Positions 49,645 to 58,526 of a DNA stretch of 64,000 nt are shown one piece after another. How positions within the stretch are numbered: position 1 is the stretch's first letter; each line of letters starts with the position of its first letter. The notes under the pieces were generated by a model, which had not been told where the DNA came from, did not search any database, and saw only the letters and a list, made by a program, of their open reading frames with translations. This DNA comes from Candidatus Eiseniibacteriota bacterium. Its GTDB lineage: Bacteria > Eisenbacteria > RBG-16-71-46 > SZUA-252. The stretch lies in NCBI GenBank assembly GCA_043779525.1, contig JAYWED010000008.1, forward strand, positions 24,881 through 88,880, read 5' to 3'. The position numbers and the translations under genes were made by a program.

Positions 49645-51110
49645 GGCATTCCTCCATCTTGAATGGTCTGTGTCGCAGACGTGGCGGCGGCCCCGTTCAG
49701 ACGCAGCGCGAGGATGGACTCCGTGAGTCGCAGGTACTCCAGCGGGGCTGAAGCGAGCAACCCCGCGGCGCTGGGTCCCTGAGGTTGGCGGAACAGGCTC
49801 CGGAGACCGCGATAGGCCTCACGGCTGTGCGGATTCCGGAGCATGAACGAGCGGATCAAGTCCGAGTCTCCGGTCCCGGGCGAATGGTCCCCGCGCAAGG
49901 AGACGGCGTAGGCGACGAGATCGCGAATGGCGCGGGCCGTCTCCGCGTCGAGAGACCCCACCGCGGCAACATCTGGATAGCGGAGCTCGTGGTCGCGGTC
50001 GTAGAAATATCGGGCGAAGCGGAGTCCGTGCGCCACCAACGCGGGATCGTCGAGACCGGACGCCCCCGCCACGCGCCCCGTTCCCCCTTCGCGGCCGTAC
50101 CCGCCGCGAAGCGCCCGGCGTGGAAGCTCCCGGCGGACGTAGTCCACGTAGCTCATCCCCGCGATCACGTTTGTCTTCTGGCAGAAATTCTCGATGTAGT
50201 CCTTCGTCACGTGCAGATCGCGGCGGATCCCGGTGACGAGAAGCTTCTTGAGCAGGGCCGGCGGCAGGATCTCGAGCAGGCGGTAGGAGACGTCCCGATC
50301 GAGCTGGACCTGCCCGTAGGTCACCGACACCGGGATTCGTCCACCGAAGAATTCGCGCGAGATGAACTTCGACACGCCCAGAGTGCCCCGGTCCGCGACG
50401 TGGGCTTTGGAGAACACCTCGAGATCGACCCCGTAGAGGTTCCAGCGCGCTGCGCAATCCAGCTTCCAGCTCAGCTTCCCTTTGATCTCGGAGATCTCGG
50501 CGCCCCTCGCGTGGCCGCACCGCTCGCAGTCGAAACGTATCGTTCCACCCTCGATCGACTGGATTCGCGTCGCGTCGACGCAGAAGCAGCTCGGGCACTG
50601 GGGCCTGAAGAGGCTGCGGATCGTAAAATCCTGGAACTGGCCGGCGAGCGCGTTCTGGATCTCGTGATGATTCTCGAAGGTCGTGCGGAGGAACGGAGCG
50701 TAGTGCCCTCGCCTGTAGGCCTGGTAGGTATCGATGAAGATAGGATGGATGTCGAGCATGTGGAGACGCGTCTTCAGCGACGCGGCAAAGTGCTCCGAGT
50801 AGCTCTCGTGGCACTCGTACGGATCGGGAATCTCAGCTATGGGGCGGCCGCAGAAGGGACGAAAACGCTCCAGGAGCGCCGCGTCCTTTTGAACCCCGAT
50901 CCGGAGCTGAGCCTCGGTCAGCGCGTCGTAGCTGTCGTTGATCAGGATGAGCACCGCGGTGCGCCCGCGTCCGGTGACCCGCTCGCGCATGTGATCACCG
51001 ACGACGAACTCGCGCAGTGTGCGCTCATCGCCCAGAAGCGACGTGGTGAATCCCGTCGCGACGACGTAGGGGACGAGCGGCTTGAGGCCGTCCATGGCGG
51101 TCCTTGGCAT
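49641..51110 (-). CDS. class-I lysyl-tRNA-synthetase (LysK/tRNA-synt_1f)-like paralogue with degenerate HIGH and KMSKS motifs
   Basis: Colinear with archaeal-type LysRS-I: DPYECHESYSEHF versus DPWGCHESYAEHF, Zn knuckle QCPSCFC...FDCERCGH, and WKLDCAARWNLYGVDLEVFSKAH versus [23 protein letters not shown]. The HIGH position reads LGDE and no KMSKS-like loop is present. Confidence 0.65.
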   Translation of the reverse strand: MPRTAMDGLKPLVPYVVATGFTTSLLGDERTLREFVVGDHMRERVTGRGRTAVLILINDSYDALTEAQLRIGVQKDAALLERFRPFCGRPIAEIPDPYECHESYSEHFAASLKTRLHMLDIHPIFIDTYQAYRRGHYAPFLRTTFENHHEIQNALAGQFQDFTIRSLFRPQCPSCFCVDATRIQSIEGGTIRFDCERCGHARGAEISEIKGKLSWKLDCAARWNLYGVDLEVFSKAHVADRGTLGVSKFISREFFGGRIPVSVTYGQVQLDRDVSYRLLEILPPALLKKLLVTGIRRDLHVTKDYIENFCQKTNVIAGMSYVDYVRRELPRRALRGGYGREGGTGRVAGASGLDDPALVAHGLRFARYFYDRDHELRYPDVAAVGSLDAETARAIRDLVAYAVSLRGDHSPGTGDSDLIRSFMLRNPHSREAYRGLRSLFRQPQGPSAAGLLASAPLEYLRLTESILALRLNGAAATSATQTIQDGGMP

Positions 51111-51120
51111 GCGCGCTGAG

Positions 51121-51909
51121 CTAGAAGTCCCGGGCCACCTGGAAGGAGAAGAGCCACGCGCTCTTCACCGCGTTCGCGTCGCGGAAATCGCCGTTCTGCC
51201 ACGTGACGAAGCGCGAGACGGACGGCGTGACGGTCGTGTGGTGGAATGACTTCTCCACGTGCGCGTTCCATTCGCTCGCCGGGAAGCCGGAGAGGTCGTA
51301 GTAGTGATCCTGATAGAAGAGATTCGCGCCGAGGGAGAGCGTCCCGAAGGGTCTCTCGAAGCCGTGGCTCAGACCGAACGTCGAGTACGTTCCCTTTCCG
51401 GCGTCGAAGTCGTAATGGACGCTCAGGGAGGGGTTCAGGACACCGTCGCGCGAGGTCTCCAGATACAGCTCCTGGGAGGGATCCCAGCCGTCGCGATGCG
51501 GATACCAGAGATAGGTGTATCCGGTCGTGAACGAGAACTTCTTGGCTTTCCACTCGTGGAGAACCGAGAAATCGAACTCGTTCGAGACGCCCAGGTCCAG
51601 GTCGTGATTCACCCAGAGCTTGGCGGAGATCGGCCCAGCGCTCAGATCCGCCTCGGGGTTCAGCACGGGTTTTCCGTTGCTGTAGTCGACCCCCTGAAAG
51701 AGGTAGCGCGTCGCGAAGGACATGCTCCCGCTCGCGGCAAAGGGAGACGAGGGCTGGTCTGTTGTCTCTCTGGAAGTCCCGGGCACGGGAGCGGAGCCCG
51801 GAGAGGACGCCGGATCCGGAACCGTGGACGGCGTCGCGGACGAAACCCCCGCTTGGAACACGAAAAAGGCGAGACAGAGAGCGGGATACACCAAGGCATG
51901 ACGGTTCAC
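51121..51909 (-). CDS. putative outer-membrane beta-barrel protein
   Basis: Signal peptide. Alternating aromatic/hydrophilic beta-strand pattern. C-terminal ...FSFQVARDF ends in Phe. It is the first gene of the minus-strand operon and ends 10 bp before the LysRS-like gene. Confidence 0.5.
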   Translation of the reverse strand: MNRHALVYPALCLAFFVFQAGVSSATPSTVPDPASSPGSAPVPGTSRETTDQPSSPFAASGSMSFATRYLFQGVDYSNGKPVLNPEADLSAGPISAKLWVNHDLDLGVSNEFDFSVLHEWKAKKFSFTTGYTYLWYPHRDGWDPSQELYLETSRDGVLNPSLSVHYDFDAGKGTYSTFGLSHGFERPFGTLSLGANLFYQDHYYDLSGFPASEWNAHVEKSFHHTTVTPSVSRFVTWQNGDFRDANAVKSAWLFSFQVARDF

Positions 51910-52225
51910 GGCACCCTCCTCAGACGGCGTGTCCGATACATCGCGATCCGATGCTAATAAACGGATATATCGGCTCTTGGGGGCGTTACCTTGAAGGGGA
52001 TGCTGCGCTGCGGGGATCGCGGGACGCGTCGCCTGGCATGGCGCTCAGATCGAGCTTTTACAATTACTTAGAGCGTATTGATGATGTTCCCTGTGAGCGA
52101 CGCCGGGCCACTCTATGGTCCACGCGAATTCTCAGGCATGAGGGCTCACGATCGGATACCCTCCGCGTCCAGGTCAGCCGGACCGCACATTACCCCCAGG
52201 AGCGCACCGAGGAGGAATCGTCACC

Positions 52226-53167
52226 ATGAGCCTGCCACTGTCCAGCTTACGCAATCCGCACCCATGCCGGATCCATACCGCCGCAGGTCTTGCTTTTCTT
52301 GTTTCTTTTCTCGTCCCCGCAATGGCCTTCTCGGCCCCCAAGGGGAAGGCCGAAGTAGTCCCGAAGGCCAAGCTCGTTGGTCTCTCCGAAGTCGGCCTTC
52401 CGCGGTACGCGCCCCCCGCGGCCTACCGCGAGGATCTCGTCATCAAGAGCAAGAACGGCGACATGACGATGCGGCGTTTCGTGGACCACGGAAAGATCCG
52501 GACCGAGATGAGCGCGCAAGGACACGAATTCATCATGATCGAGTCCGGCGACTCCAAGGGGACGATGTACACCCTGATGCCCGAGCAGAAGATGGCGATG
52601 AAGCAATCCCGTCCCCAGACGGCGGACGCCGAGCCCGAGTCCAAGGCGCCGAAGCAGGAAAAGGCGGGCGCGAGCCCGGCCCCTCCGGATGCCCAGGTCG
52701 AGGATCTGGGCGACGACACGATCGAAGGCACCGCGGTCAAGAAGCTGCGGATGGTCTATGGCGGGGGCGACGTGCTCGGCTGGTTCGACAAGACGACCGG
52801 TGGCCCGGTCCGGATGGAAAGCCTGGTCGACGGCGAGAAGGCGACCCTCGAATGGAAGAACCGGAAAGCGGAGCCTCAGTCCGCCCAGCTGTTCGAGATC
52901 CCGAAGGGTTACGACGTCAAGGACATGGATGAGATGCGGAAGCAGATGGGAGCCATGGGCGGCATGGGAGCCATGGGAGGCGTCGGCGGGATGGCGAAGG
53001 GCATGGCAGGAGGAATGGTGCAGGGCATGGGATCGAACATGGGCAGCTCACTCGGAGGAATGATCGGCGGCTCGCTGGGCGGACCGCTGGGTTCGGCCGC
53101 GGGTCAGTTCCTGGGCGGCAAGATCGGCGGGATGCTCGGCAAGAAGGCCGCGAACGCGATCAACTGA
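52226..53167 (+). CDS. hypothetical exported protein with a Gly/Met-rich C-terminal low-complexity tail
   Basis: Signal peptide. A beta-rich body resembling the DUF4412/LolA-like fold. C-terminal (GMGAMGG)n repeats. Confidence 0.5.
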   Translation: MSLPLSSLRNPHPCRIHTAAGLAFLVSFLVPAMAFSAPKGKAEVVPKAKLVGLSEVGLPRYAPPAAYREDLVIKSKNGDMTMRRFVDHGKIRTEMSAQGHEFIMIESGDSKGTMYTLMPEQKMAMKQSRPQTADAEPESKAPKQEKAGASPAPPDAQVEDLGDDTIEGTAVKKLRMVYGGGDVLGWFDKTTGGPVRMESLVDGEKATLEWKNRKAEPQSAQLFEIPKGYDVKDMDEMRKQMGAMGGMGAMGGVGGMAKGMAGGMVQGMGSNMGSSLGGMIGGSLGGPLGSAAGQFLGGKIGGMLGKKAANAIN

Positions 53168-53172
53168 CGGAG

Positions 53173-56100
53173 CTAATCCGCGCGGGAAGCCGAATGCCCC
53201 CCGCCGAATCCGGTGAGCAGGGACGGCAGAACGATCAGGAGCAGAAACGCCGACGTGACGAATCCGCCCACCACGGCGATCGCGAGAGGTTTCAAGAGCG
53301 CGCTTCCCGCCCCGACCCCGAGCGCCAGGGGCGCGAGCGCCGCCACGCCGGCGAACGTCGTCATGAGGACGGGCCGCGCGCGCCTCAGGGCCGCCTCGCG
53401 CGCGGCCTCCGCGACGGAAGCGCCGCGATGGAGCGCGGCTCGGTGCGCCGCGACGAGGAAGTAGGCGTTTTCCGAGACGATTCCCACCATCATGATCGCC
53501 CCCACGAAGCTCGAGATGTTGAACGTGGCTCTGCCCAGGTGGAGCGCCGCGAACACTCCCGCGAGCGAGGAAAGGACGACGAGGAGCACCGCGGCGGACT
53601 GGCGCCACGATTTGAAGGAGAAGAGAAGGATCGCGCTCACCAGCGCGACGGCGCCCATCAGCACGGCCGCGAGCCCCCGAAACGAGGACTGCTGCTCCGC
53701 CCACATTCCCGCGTATTGAAGGGTCGCATCCGGCGGAAGCACCACCCGCGCGCGAACCCGCTTCTGGATTTCCGCCATGGCCGAGCCCAGATCGCGGCCG
53801 GAGAGGCGCGCCGTCGGAGCCACCATCGTGCGCAGATTGTCCCGCCCGATCTCGGTCACGCCGGGGAGGGTCTGGATCGAGGCGACGTCGCCCAGTCGCA
53901 CGCGCCCTGAGCCCACGGGCACCTGAACGCCGGAAATCACCTCGGCGCCGCCCAGCCCGGAGGGCCGCGCCATCACGAAGCGGACGGGCCAGGCGCGGGC
54001 TCCGCGCGCGATCATTCCCACGTCCGTTCCCCCGATCGCGGGCGCCACGTCCTGCGCCAGATCCTCAGCGCTCTTCCCGGACCGCGCGGCCGCGGCCCTG
54101 GGGACGATTATGACGTTCGGACCGCTCACGACGACGCCGTCCTTCACGTCCACGACCCCGGGAACGCCCGTGAGGACCGCCGCCACCTCGCGCGCCTTGT
54201 CCTCCGCCAGAGCCTTGTCCTCATCGAAGATCCTCACCTCGATCGGCTGGGGTGTCGTGGTCAGGTCGCCGATGACGTCCTCCACCAGCTGACCGAATTC
54301 CACCTTCAGCGCCGGCTGCGTCTTCTCGATCCTGCCTCGAAGGTCGTCCGCGATCTCGTCCGCGCCTCGCCGGTGCTTGGCCCGGAGGCGCAGCACGTAG
54401 TCGCCGATGTTGGGCTCGGTGGCGAAGAAGCCCAGCTGATCGCCGGTGCGCCGCGACCACGCGACGATCTCCGGCATCGCGGCGATCTCCTTCTCCACCT
54501 CCCGCAGCATGCGGTCGGTCTCCTCGAGGGACGTGCCCGCGGGCGAGATGTAATCCAGGATCAGCGAGCCCTCGTCCATTTCGGGCAGGAACCCGCTTCC
54601 GAGGGTGAGGTAGAGCGGGATCGCGATCAGGATGCACGCGCCGACCGCGGCGAGGCCGATCCAGCGGGTCTCCGTCGCGCGGTGCAGAGCTTTCGTGAAC
54701 CGGGTTGAGCCTCGCTTCGCTCCGGGCCGGGCGTGATGCGCCGAGGGGCTCGTGAGGGGCACGAGCGTGAGGCACAGGAGCAGCGAGGCGCCGAGCATGA
54801 GCGCCATGGAAAGCGTGAGCACCCGAAAGAAGGCGCCCGTGACCCCGCCCAGAAGCACGAACGGGAGGAAGATCGCGAGCGAGCAGAGGCTGGAGCCCAC
54901 GAGGGTCGGCAGGATCTCGGCCATCGCCTGGGAGCGCGTCGCGGGATGCTCCCCCGTCGAGCGGGCGGCCAGGTGCTCCACCACCACGATGCCATCGTCG
55001 AGGACGAGCCCCACCGCGGCCGCGATCCCGCCGAGCGTCATCATGTTGAGCGACTGGCCCGAGAGATGGAGCCCGATCAGGGTCAGCGCGATGCTCGCCG
55101 GGAGGACCGCGGCTCCCGCGAGCCCGAGACGGCGGCTCTTGAGGACGATCATGATCACGAGCACCGCCAGCACCGCGCCCACGATCAGGCTGTCGCGCAC
55201 GCTGCCGATCGAGGCGCGCACCAGATCGGACTGGTCGTAAAAGGTCTGGATCCTTACTCCGCGTGGAAGCCGGCTCCGGTTCTCCTGGAACCACCGGTGC
55301 GCCGCGACGGAGAGCGTGATGGCGCTGGCCGAACGCTGACGGAGGAGATTGACCAGCACCGCCTCGCGCGAATCCGCCCGGTAGCGCTTGAATTCGGGCG
55401 CCTCCTCGAGCGCGATCCGACCGAGCTGCCCCAGGCGCACCGGGGGGCCGGAAGCCGCCGGGATGGTGAGGGAATCGAGGGAACTCAGGTCGCGCGGCCT
55501 CCCGTCCACCAGCGCCAGGTAGAGCTGCGAGTTCGCTTCCAGAAGGCCGACCGACTCGAGCGTGGACGCCTTCCGGACCGCATCCACGACCGCGGCCGCG
55601 TCCAGCCCGCGCGATTCCAGGGCGGCCGGATCGAGCGTGACGCGCGCCTCGAGCTTTCGCCCTCCCTGGTTCACGACCTCGGCGACGCCCGGCAGCCTGG
55701 AGAGCTCCGGGAGCAGCACCATGTCGGCGAAGTCCCGCAGTTCGGCCAGCGAGGTTTGGTCGGAGGTGAGCGAGAATCCGACCACCGGGAAGAGGGTCGG
55801 ATTCATGAGGCGCACGTCCACCACGGTGCCCTGCGGAAGCCGGGTCCGGATGGCATCGATCTGCGCCTGGATCCGCTGCACCGTCAGGTCGATGCTCGAT
55901 CCCCACTCGGAGTCCAGGTTGATCTCGGCGGACCCGCGGCTCGTCGTGGATCGGATCTCGAGGATTCCCGGCACGCGCCGGATCGACTTCTCGAGCGGAC
56001 GGGTCACCTCCCGGAGAACGACCTCGCTCGGAAGCTCGCCGGAATCCGCGATGACCTTGACCCGAGGGAACGTGACCTCGGGGAGGATCGAGGTCGGCAT

Positions 56101-56196
56101 CCCGCGAAGAGCGAACAGAGCCAGAGCCAGCGCGATCCCGAGCAAGAGCACCATGCCGCGGCGCTGGGTGTGGATCGCGTCGAAGAGACCTCTCAC
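53173..56196 (-). CDS. RND efflux transporter permease (CzcA/HME-type heavy-metal efflux family)
   Basis: 1007 aa, 12 TM, with the conserved RND motifs ...GGIAAAVGLVLDDGIVVVE... and ...AIMMVGIVSENAYFLV.... Confidence 0.9.
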   Translation of the reverse strand: MRGLFDAIHTQRRGMVLLLGIALALALFALRGMPTSILPEVTFPRVKVIADSGELPSEVVLREVTRPLEKSIRRVPGILEIRSTTSRGSAEINLDSEWGSSIDLTVQRIQAQIDAIRTRLPQGTVVDVRLMNPTLFPVVGFSLTSDQTSLAELRDFADMVLLPELSRLPGVAEVVNQGGRKLEARVTLDPAALESRGLDAAAVVDAVRKASTLESVGLLEANSQLYLALVDGRPRDLSSLDSLTIPAASGPPVRLGQLGRIALEEAPEFKRYRADSREAVLVNLLRQRSASAITLSVAAHRWFQENRSRLPRGVRIQTFYDQSDLVRASIGSVRDSLIVGAVLAVLVIMIVLKSRRLGLAGAAVLPASIALTLIGLHLSGQSLNMMTLGGIAAAVGLVLDDGIVVVEHLAARSTGEHPATRSQAMAEILPTLVGSSLCSLAIFLPFVLLGGVTGAFFRVLTLSMALMLGASLLLCLTLVPLTSPSAHHARPGAKRGSTRFTKALHRATETRWIGLAAVGACILIAIPLYLTLGSGFLPEMDEGSLILDYISPAGTSLEETDRMLREVEKEIAAMPEIVAWSRRTGDQLGFFATEPNIGDYVLRLRAKHRRGADEIADDLRGRIEKTQPALKVEFGQLVEDVIGDLTTTPQPIEVRIFDEDKALAEDKAREVAAVLTGVPGVVDVKDGVVVSGPNVIIVPRAAAARSGKSAEDLAQDVAPAIGGTDVGMIARGARAWPVRFVMARPSGLGGAEVISGVQVPVGSGRVRLGDVASIQTLPGVTEIGRDNLRTMVAPTARLSGRDLGSAMAEIQKRVRARVVLPPDATLQYAGMWAEQQSSFRGLAAVLMGAVALVSAILLFSFKSWRQSAAVLLVVLSSLAGVFAALHLGRATFNISSFVGAIMMVGIVSENAYFLVAAHRAALHRGASVAEAAREAALRRARPVLMTTFAGVAALAPLALGVGAGSALLKPLAIAVVGGFVTSAFLLLIVLPSLLTGFGGGHSASRAD

Positions 56197-57176
56197 GGCA
56201 GAGCCTTGACCCGGGTGCTGTCCGGGAGCCCCCTTTGCCCGCGAACCACCACCGCCGTTCCCGGCGGGAGGGACGGAGCGAGGAGCTCGTGCCGGCCCTG
56301 GGCTCCCGGCCCGATGTGGACCGTCGTCCAGACGGCGACGTCTCCAGGCACCACGCGCGCGACCCGGATCTCCCCGGTGAGGTCGTCCTCGACGAGCGCG
56401 GAGTCGGGCACCAGGACCGCGCGATGCTCGACTCCGGTCCGGATCACGGCGTTCCCGAACCGGCCCAGAACCCCGAACGGAGCCTTGATCACGGGGGCGA
56501 GCCAGAAGAGCGCGGTCTGATCGGCCTCGTTCGTCTGCGGCAGCCGCCGCTGGATCCGGGTCTCGACGAGTCCGCCGCCCTCCATCGTCACCTCGGCGCC
56601 CGCGTCCTGAACAACCTGCGCCGCCTCGGTCCTCGGCACGTGCGCCTCGAAGACCACCGATCCATCCGGCACGAGCGTCAGGAGCTCTCCTGCCTCCGCC
56701 ACTTCGGACCCGGGCTCCACGCTCCGCCGCAGAATCGTTCCGGTGGCGCCCGCGACGATCGGAACGCGGATCAGGTCGCGCGTCGCCAGGCGGAGGGCCC
56801 GCTCGGCCTCATTCTGCTCCGCGGGGCTTCTCGCCTGACGGACCAGGATCTCCGCTCCACGGAGCGCGGCGCGCGATTCATAGGTGACAAGCGTCCCGAT
56901 GGCGGCGCCGCGCTCGACGCGATCGCCCGCGCGGGGACGAAGCGCCTCCACGTAGGCCTTGAACGGCGCGGAAACCGTGACGGAATCGGAGAGCCTCCAC
57001 TGGCCCTGGGCCGTCACCGTTGCGCGCAGGCTCCGCTCCTCCAGGCGATCGATCCGGACGGGGACGATGGGACGCACTGGTGCTTCCGCGTCGTTCGCCC
57101 CGCCGTGGCCGCAGCCGGCGAGCGCGAGCAAGAGCGCGCAAGCCGCCAGCGGCGCGAGAGCCAGCCTAGGGATCAC
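56193..57176 (-). CDS. RND efflux periplasmic adaptor (membrane fusion protein)
   Basis: Lipoprotein signal. Barrel-sandwich hybrid and beta-barrel motifs. 4-bp overlaps with both neighbours. Confidence 0.85.
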   Translation of the reverse strand: MIPRLALAPLAACALLLALAGCGHGGANDAEAPVRPIVPVRIDRLEERSLRATVTAQGQWRLSDSVTVSAPFKAYVEALRPRAGDRVERGAAIGTLVTYESRAALRGAEILVRQARSPAEQNEAERALRLATRDLIRVPIVAGATGTILRRSVEPGSEVAEAGELLTLVPDGSVVFEAHVPRTEAAQVVQDAGAEVTMEGGGLVETRIQRRLPQTNEADQTALFWLAPVIKAPFGVLGRFGNAVIRTGVEHRAVLVPDSALVEDDLTGEIRVARVVPGDVAVWTTVHIGPGAQGRHELLAPSLPPGTAVVVRGQRGLPDSTRVKALP

Positions 57177-58507
57177 GGGCGATCCTCCGCCCGGAATTGG
57201 GCGCTCCGGCTCTCCTGCCGGGCCTCCGCGAGCCGCTCCCGCGCGTCCTGGTAGACGCGGCGCGCGTCAAGGAGGTCCAGGAGCTGGATCGCCCCCCCGC
57301 TGTAGAGGCTCTTCACTCGAAGCAGATTCTGCTCGGCCCCGATGCTGGCCACGCGCGCCGTCTCCAGCCGGGAATAGGCGGACCGCCACCGAACCAGGAT
57401 TTCCAGCGCGGTCCTCCGCTGCGCGATCATCTCCCCGCCGCTCCGCAGGCGTGCGGCGCGCAGGGCGATCGCCTTGGCCTGTGCGGTTTGCCGCGCGCCG
57501 GCGGTCCGCACCGGAGCGCGCAGGTTGATCGAGGCCGAAGCACCCAGGTCCCGGCGAAGCCGGTCGGCAAGCGTGGCGTCGGGGTCCATGCTTCTAATGT
57601 CTTCCGGAACCGCGCTCGTCAGGTCCGCTCCCGCGAGCCCCGCGTCCAGCGACAGATCGACCGTCGGGGCGCCGGCGCGCTTCGCCTCCGCGACGTCGAG
57701 CCTGCCGCGCTCCTCGGCGATCGTGGCGATCGCGACCTCCGGCTGCCGCCCCGCGCTCGCCAGGACGCGCAGCGAATCCTCGGGCGTCGGCGCGCGGTCC
57801 TGAAACTCGGGGGGTTCGATCACCACGGAGGAATCGCCCCCGAGCCCCATGAGGGACTTAAGATCGATCTCCGCCGTGCGCTGGTCGAATAACGTCTTCT
57901 CCAGTGCGGCGGCGGCGGCGTTTCGCTCGAGGGCGATCCGGACCGAGTCGGTGGTGGTCCGCACGCCCGCGCGCACCGCGCCGCGCATGAGGAGCGAGAG
58001 CCGGTCGATCCAGTCGACTGATTGACGCTGTGCCAATTCCACCTCCCTCAGATGGAGCAGGTCGATCGCGAGGTCGGCGGCCTGGAGACCGACGTCGCGC
58101 GCCTGGAGCGAAGCCTGGAGGCGCGCGGCGGCCAGATCCAGAGCGCCGCGCGCGCGCGCGCGCGCCCGGGCTCCGCCGTCCATGAGAGCGTAATCCAGCA
58201 CCACCTTCGCCGCGTACTCGCCCAGGTTCGTGATCGTCGGATCGTAGAAACCCTTCGGCGCCACGAGCGCTCTTCCGACGAACGCCAGGTCGGGCCGCCG
58301 ATTCCGAGCCACCGCGGAGGACTCGAAGGCCGCGGCCTGCTGGTCCAGATCCGCCGCGACGATCGCGGGGGCGCGATGCCGGGCGAGCGCGACGCAAGCC
58401 TCGACGGTGAGTGTGTCCCCCGGATCGCCGGCGGCGGCCTCTCCGGCCGGGACCCGCGCGACGACAGCGAACGAAAGCATGACGAAGACAGCTCCGATCG
58501 ATTTCAT
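57173..58507 (-). CDS. outer-membrane efflux protein (TolC/CzcC-like outer membrane factor)
   Basis: Signal peptide MKSIGAVFVMLSFAVVA. Two OEP repeats, ...LTVEACVALARHRAPAIVAADLDQQAA.... Confidence 0.8.
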   Translation of the reverse strand: MKSIGAVFVMLSFAVVARVPAGEAAAGDPGDTLTVEACVALARHRAPAIVAADLDQQAAAFESSAVARNRRPDLAFVGRALVAPKGFYDPTITNLGEYAAKVVLDYALMDGGARARARARGALDLAAARLQASLQARDVGLQAADLAIDLLHLREVELAQRQSVDWIDRLSLLMRGAVRAGVRTTTDSVRIALERNAAAAALEKTLFDQRTAEIDLKSLMGLGGDSSVVIEPPEFQDRAPTPEDSLRVLASAGRQPEVAIATIAEERGRLDVAEAKRAGAPTVDLSLDAGLAGADLTSAVPEDIRSMDPDATLADRLRRDLGASASINLRAPVRTAGARQTAQAKAIALRAARLRSGGEMIAQRRTALEILVRWRSAYSRLETARVASIGAEQNLLRVKSLYSGGAIQLLDLLDARRVYQDARERLAEARQESRSAQFRAEDRP

Positions 58508-58526
58508 GTCCGCATTCAATTGTAGA

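Noticed and set aside
54221-56520. Large alternative-frame ORFs (561 aa on the minus strand, 595 aa on the plus strand) across the RND pump gene
   Set aside because: The RND permease frame has canonical TM and periplasmic-domain motifs and 4-bp coupling to the membrane fusion protein. The alternative frames are low-complexity.
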